A stretch of DNA of 11,268 nucleotides from Diplonema japonicum (Eukaryota > Protista > Euglenozoa: Diplonemea). Positions 6,899 to 11,268 of the stretch are shown piece by piece. The stretch's first letter is position 1. Every line of letters starts with the position of its first letter. Made by a program: the position numbers and the translations under genes. The stretch is from assembly GCA_964019335.1 (NCBI GenBank), contig OZ025775.1, forward strand, positions 1 to 11,268, given 5' to 3'. A model generated the notes under the pieces. That model was not told the DNA's origin. It ran no database searches and saw only the letters and a list, made by a program, of their open reading frames with translations.

Positions 6899-7785
6899 TA
6901 CTATTATTATTATTAGTTGGTGTTCTTCCCGATATCCTTTCTGATAAAGTACTAAACAAGTATTCACTAACATATACTTCCCTCGGATGTACCACCAAGA
7001 CATGCCCTCCAATACTACAGTATACAAGGGTACTTTGGCATCCCCTTAATACTCCGTGATGCCTCAGATATGGAGATGGGTATGCCTGATCACTATTCTC
7101 TACTAATATTGTATCCGTGCCTCACCGTGCCCTTTTGGGAAAAGTGCATTTCATTTTCCCAAATTGGGAAATGCCCAATCCCTTGAGTCTTCGAATAAAA
7201 TGAGGTACCTCCCAATAAAGTGGTATTTCGGGATGCCCCCATTTCTAGGTATCCCACTGGTATTATACTACTACTGCCTGATACACTGTATCCTCATGTA
7301 TTACCTCTACATCTCTATATACACCCTCATCATGATATCATCTCATTACTATTATTATTATTAGTTGGTGTTCTTCCCGATATCCTTTCTGATAAAGTAC
7401 TAAACAAGTATTCACTAACATATACTTCCCTCGGATGTACCACCAAGACATGCCCTCCAATACTACAGTATACAAGGGTACTTTGGCATCCCCTTAATAC
7501 TCCGTGATGCCTCAGATATGGAGATGGGTATGCCTGATCACTATTCTCTACTAATATTGTATCCGTGCCTCACCGTGCCCTTTTGGGAAAAGTGCATTTC
7601 ATTTTCCCAAATTGGGAAATGCCCAATCCCTTGAGTCTTCGAATAAAATGAGGTACCTCCCAATAAAGTGGTATTTCGGGATGCCCCCATTTCTAGGTAT
7701 CCCACTGGTATTATACTACTATTACTAGATATTCCCTGTATCCTCATGTATTACCTCTACATCTCTATATACACCCTCATCATGA
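6899..7785 (+). repeat. 448-bp tandem duplication in the second unit
   Basis: Same as 189-1075 at +6710. Confidence 0.97.
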
Positions 7786-8425
7786 CCTACCTGATGGCAC
7801 CTCATTACCCAGATTCTGGGGATGAGCTGACGGTCTACAGATCCTCTGATTTCCAGAGGGGTCAATATCATAATATCATAATATTCTGTTGTCCGTACAT
7901 CACCGTGCATTCCTGGATATTACTGATTCCATTTCTCCGAATTGCAGTATTACCCAGGCTATTCCCCCGTACGCAGGACTAGATGATGCTCCCTCTACCA
8001 TCCCCTTTTATACTACTACCTTCCGGACCCCAGAGATACTCGGAATCTCCAGATTCCGGGGATCTCGGGTTCCGCCGAGGATGCAAACCCCTCCAGATCT
8101 CTCCAAATCCCCCCTTTTTGGGGTCTTGGGTACCAGAACCTGGTATTTCCTGAGATCCACAGGACCCCAAATCCCCTGTTTATACGAGGGTTTGGTGTAG
8201 CAGTACCCTCACCACTACCAAATCCCCCTTTAAACCCCTGATCCTGGGATTCTACGGCCCTGTAGCTATGCAATATTGGGACACCTCTCTGGGCTCCTAC
8301 GGGTGTTTTTTGCAAATTAACCCGCTACGTCCCAGAGAATATCTACGGCCCTGTAGCCCTCCGATTTCGGAAACCCTTGTGGGACACTACGTAAGAATTA
8401 TGCAAATTACCTCGCTATATCCCCC

Positions 8426-8443
8426 ACGCGCGCGCGCGCGCGT
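8426..8443. repeat. A(CG)8T palindrome, second unit
   Basis: Same as 1716-1733 at +6710. Confidence 0.95.
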
Positions 8444-11268
8444 AAGGAAAGAGAGTGTTGGGGACTCTGATCTGGGGGTCATAAGGGTGGTTTGGTACAA
8501 GACCCTGTTATTAGGGCTGTTGCTAAGGTGTCTAATCCCTAGGGTATAAGGTCTTACAACCCAACATAAGGGTTGTAGGGCTGATCATCCTACCCTGCTA
8601 GGCTATTATCTAGGGCTAATGTCTGATATCCCTTCTGATTGGTTACCTGGATATGTACTTCCCTCGGATGTCTCACTAAGATATGCCCTGCTCCACACTA
8701 CTGTCTGTCATAGTTCCTGTCTTATCTCCTGTTAGTTATTACTCCACATGTCTACATAGCATACACACTCTCTCCTTATTACTCCACATGCTATTAGTTG
8801 TACTCCTGTTAGTACTTCCCGTAGCTCTGTTCCTGGTATCATAGACTACACCACGCACAGGATGTGATATGCACATGCTATCTACATGCGTACCGTGCCC
8901 CACATGGATGTGATGCTTTCCATTATTGTATTACATGGCTTCATGTATTATGCCCACTATTTATTACTCTCCACATCACAGGGTCTAAGTACCCACTCTC
9001 TGTACCAACAGCTGTGCTCCACCTGTGCCTGTTCTACGTACCCATGTGTAGCTATCCTGTTTGGCATTGTTCCATGGACTCACCACATGTACTTACTATG
9101 AGTATACTGCTTCATGGCATCTCCCATATTCCTAGGTACTGCTATTATGTGTATCATGTATCGGTAGTACGTAGCGGAATCCCTGTGGCTGAGTACCACA
9201 TGTATTAACCATTGTTATGCTCAGGATGTACTTCCTACTGTTGGTATGGATACTGTTCCTCGTACTTATTGTTCTATTGTTCTACCACATACTACGTACC
9301 TGTATGCTCACCACTTCATTATGCATTCCACTGTATGCCAGTGCTTATACGGTTACATACATGTACTACACACTGTACCATCTCCTCACAGCTCTTACTT
9401 AGCACACCATACTTTACCATTGCATATACTCTTATTACACTATCGTAGTACTCCATTATGCTATGCATGCTATCCACGTAATGCACGTAGCTACACATAC
9501 ATGTACGTACTTAGTGTATGCTCACCTACTTGTCCTGATACATTGTCTTGCTGTCATACATGCCCTGCTAAGTACAAGCATCGGATGCTCCACCAAGACA
9601 TGACTACTAGATATCATTACTGTACCATCCACTACTCAGTCCCAGAGACCTATCTGTTATACTATCCGTACATTGTTGTGTAGGCTTCGCTTCTGTACAT
9701 GCACGGGGATATATTCCCTGGACTATCTCTATGCACTACGGTACCTCTGGGCTAATAGGCTGCTGTATAGGGACGACTTCTGCGTCGTCTCTTACGGGTG
9801 CACATTACACATGATGCTGTAGACGATGTCACCGTCCCTCATGTCCTCGTTGATGGGTTGTCCACGTAGATATACAGTGGTTCCACTCTGGTGGGAGATA
9901 GCTACACACTGCATACTAGATACTACGAGAGGACTATCCTACAGAGCATTCCCCGGATCTACTGATATTATATTATGTACTTCCTAGATATCCTGTGCTG
10001 TACTTTATTACTACATTAACCATGGCAGACTATACTGTTGCAATACTGATTAATACAGTGACTATCTGATATCCCTTCTGATTGGTTACCTGGATATGTA
10101 CTTCCCTCGGATGTCCCACCACAGTAGGCCTATCCCTGAGAACCATTAATTCCGGTACGTCACATTGAGGTCGCTACGAAGTCCCGTACGAGTGGCTACC
10201 CTCTCCGAAACTCTCCTGAACTCCAGCACACTGCGCTTATGCGTGTGCGTGTCGCCCCCGCCCGTGGGTATTGGTCGTCGGGTGCTTCGTCGGGTGGGAC
10301 TGCTAATCCTGTGGGCTCCTGGTTAACCGCTTTGGTGGGGTCATCGCTTCATCCCTAGGAGAGGGGACGGTCACAGCGAATGGTGTCTCGGCCTACCTGT
10401 AACAGGTAGGTGGAGCCCTTTGTGGTAGGTAGGTGTGCGTTGCCTATGCTACTGCCAGTGTGCCTACTCGTATACATACCTTGGTCTATTGGGAACAGTA
10501 CACTCTCATAGACGATTGTTCATCAGTTCTGATCTCTAGTGCTTGCGCTACGGATCAGGACATAACACTGCACAGACCGGTAGCTCTGGGCATCTACGTC
10601 GGATGACCTGTACGATTACTAATTGGTAGTGGCTGCGGTTACGTATATCCTACTTGAGAGGTGGTTGTAGGCGTAACCTGGTTGCTATCCGTGTGTGCCG
10701 TATCTCATCATAGAGTGTGCCTAGCTTTGGGGTGACGCTCCACAGTTCGTGCAGTTATTGGATAGTGCCCGCTGCACCGTTCTGTGATTGCGAAGCACAC
10801 TGGGCAGAGGAGTCCTTTCTCTGGCTCCCGACTGGGTCGGATATGTAACAGATACAATGCGCTATAGAACAGGCGTGAGGGTACACGAGGGGCAGTAAGA
10901 TTATGGGAGGGCTACGGCCGATCCTGCCCTGGTGCCTGGTGATGATCTGAGCCCCTTAGTGGACCGGGGGTGTAGGATACCTGGCTGCACCGAACCGTAG
11001 TTCACAGGCTGCGGGCTCCCCATGATACTATCAGCGAGCTCCTTGGCGGGACCTATGGACTGTTCCATCTGTAATGACCTGATTGTGTACTTCCCTTAGA
11101 TATAATGAATGGCATTCTCTCTCGACCTCCAGCTGCGAACGTCACGGTATCACATTCCTTTGTTTGTGCTGGGCCGGCTTCCTAATCCGCTACAGATAGT
11201 GTTAACGCAGAGTCCCAAGGGGCTGTATTTACCTCCGACTCCTAGGCAGAGTATGGTAAGGGTCGTGT

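Larger units (their letters stand above)
6711..11268 (+). repeat. Second, partial copy of the 6,710-bp unit (= positions 1-4558)
   Basis: Direct comparison by eye plus identical ORF translations at offset 6710 (28..234 = 6738..6944; 2536..2973 = 9246..9683). Confidence 0.98.

Noticed and set aside
6550-7059. Longest ORF (169 aa) as a possible Rep or replication protein
   Set aside because: No HUH, helicase or other motif; it runs through hairpins and the microsatellite.
1-11268. Two independent paralogous loci
   Set aside because: Apparent complete identity over 4,558 bp, including microsatellites, points to one circular or concatemeric molecule read twice.

Overview
The window holds about 1.68 copies of one 6,710-bp unit: 6711-11268 repeats 1-4558 with no difference I could find. 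It is most simply a small circular DNA read past its junction, or a head-to-tail concatemer. The unit encodes no recognisable full-length protein (no Rep, integrase, transposase or capsid) and no recognisable rRNA or tRNA. It consists of (i) a C-rich structured region with a 448-bp tandem duplication, hairpins, a kinetoplastid CSB-3/UMS-like 12-mer and a (CG)8 palindrome at a strand-skew switch; (ii) a ~1.4-kb G-poor 'cassette' (1963-3354) bracketed by an exact 51-bp direct repeat, containing short hydrophobic frames with weak resemblance to pieces of mitochondrial respiratory proteins (Nad3-, Cox1-, Cob-like; TGA read as Trp); and (iii) ~3.3 kb of apparently non-coding DNA. My best interpretation, which is inference only, is a chromosome of a multipartite euglenozoan mitochondrial genome, most like a diplonemid cassette chromosome carrying gene fragments joined by trans-splicing and editing. 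A large kinetoplastid/bodonid gRNA minicircle is the main alternative. All gene identities are tentative.
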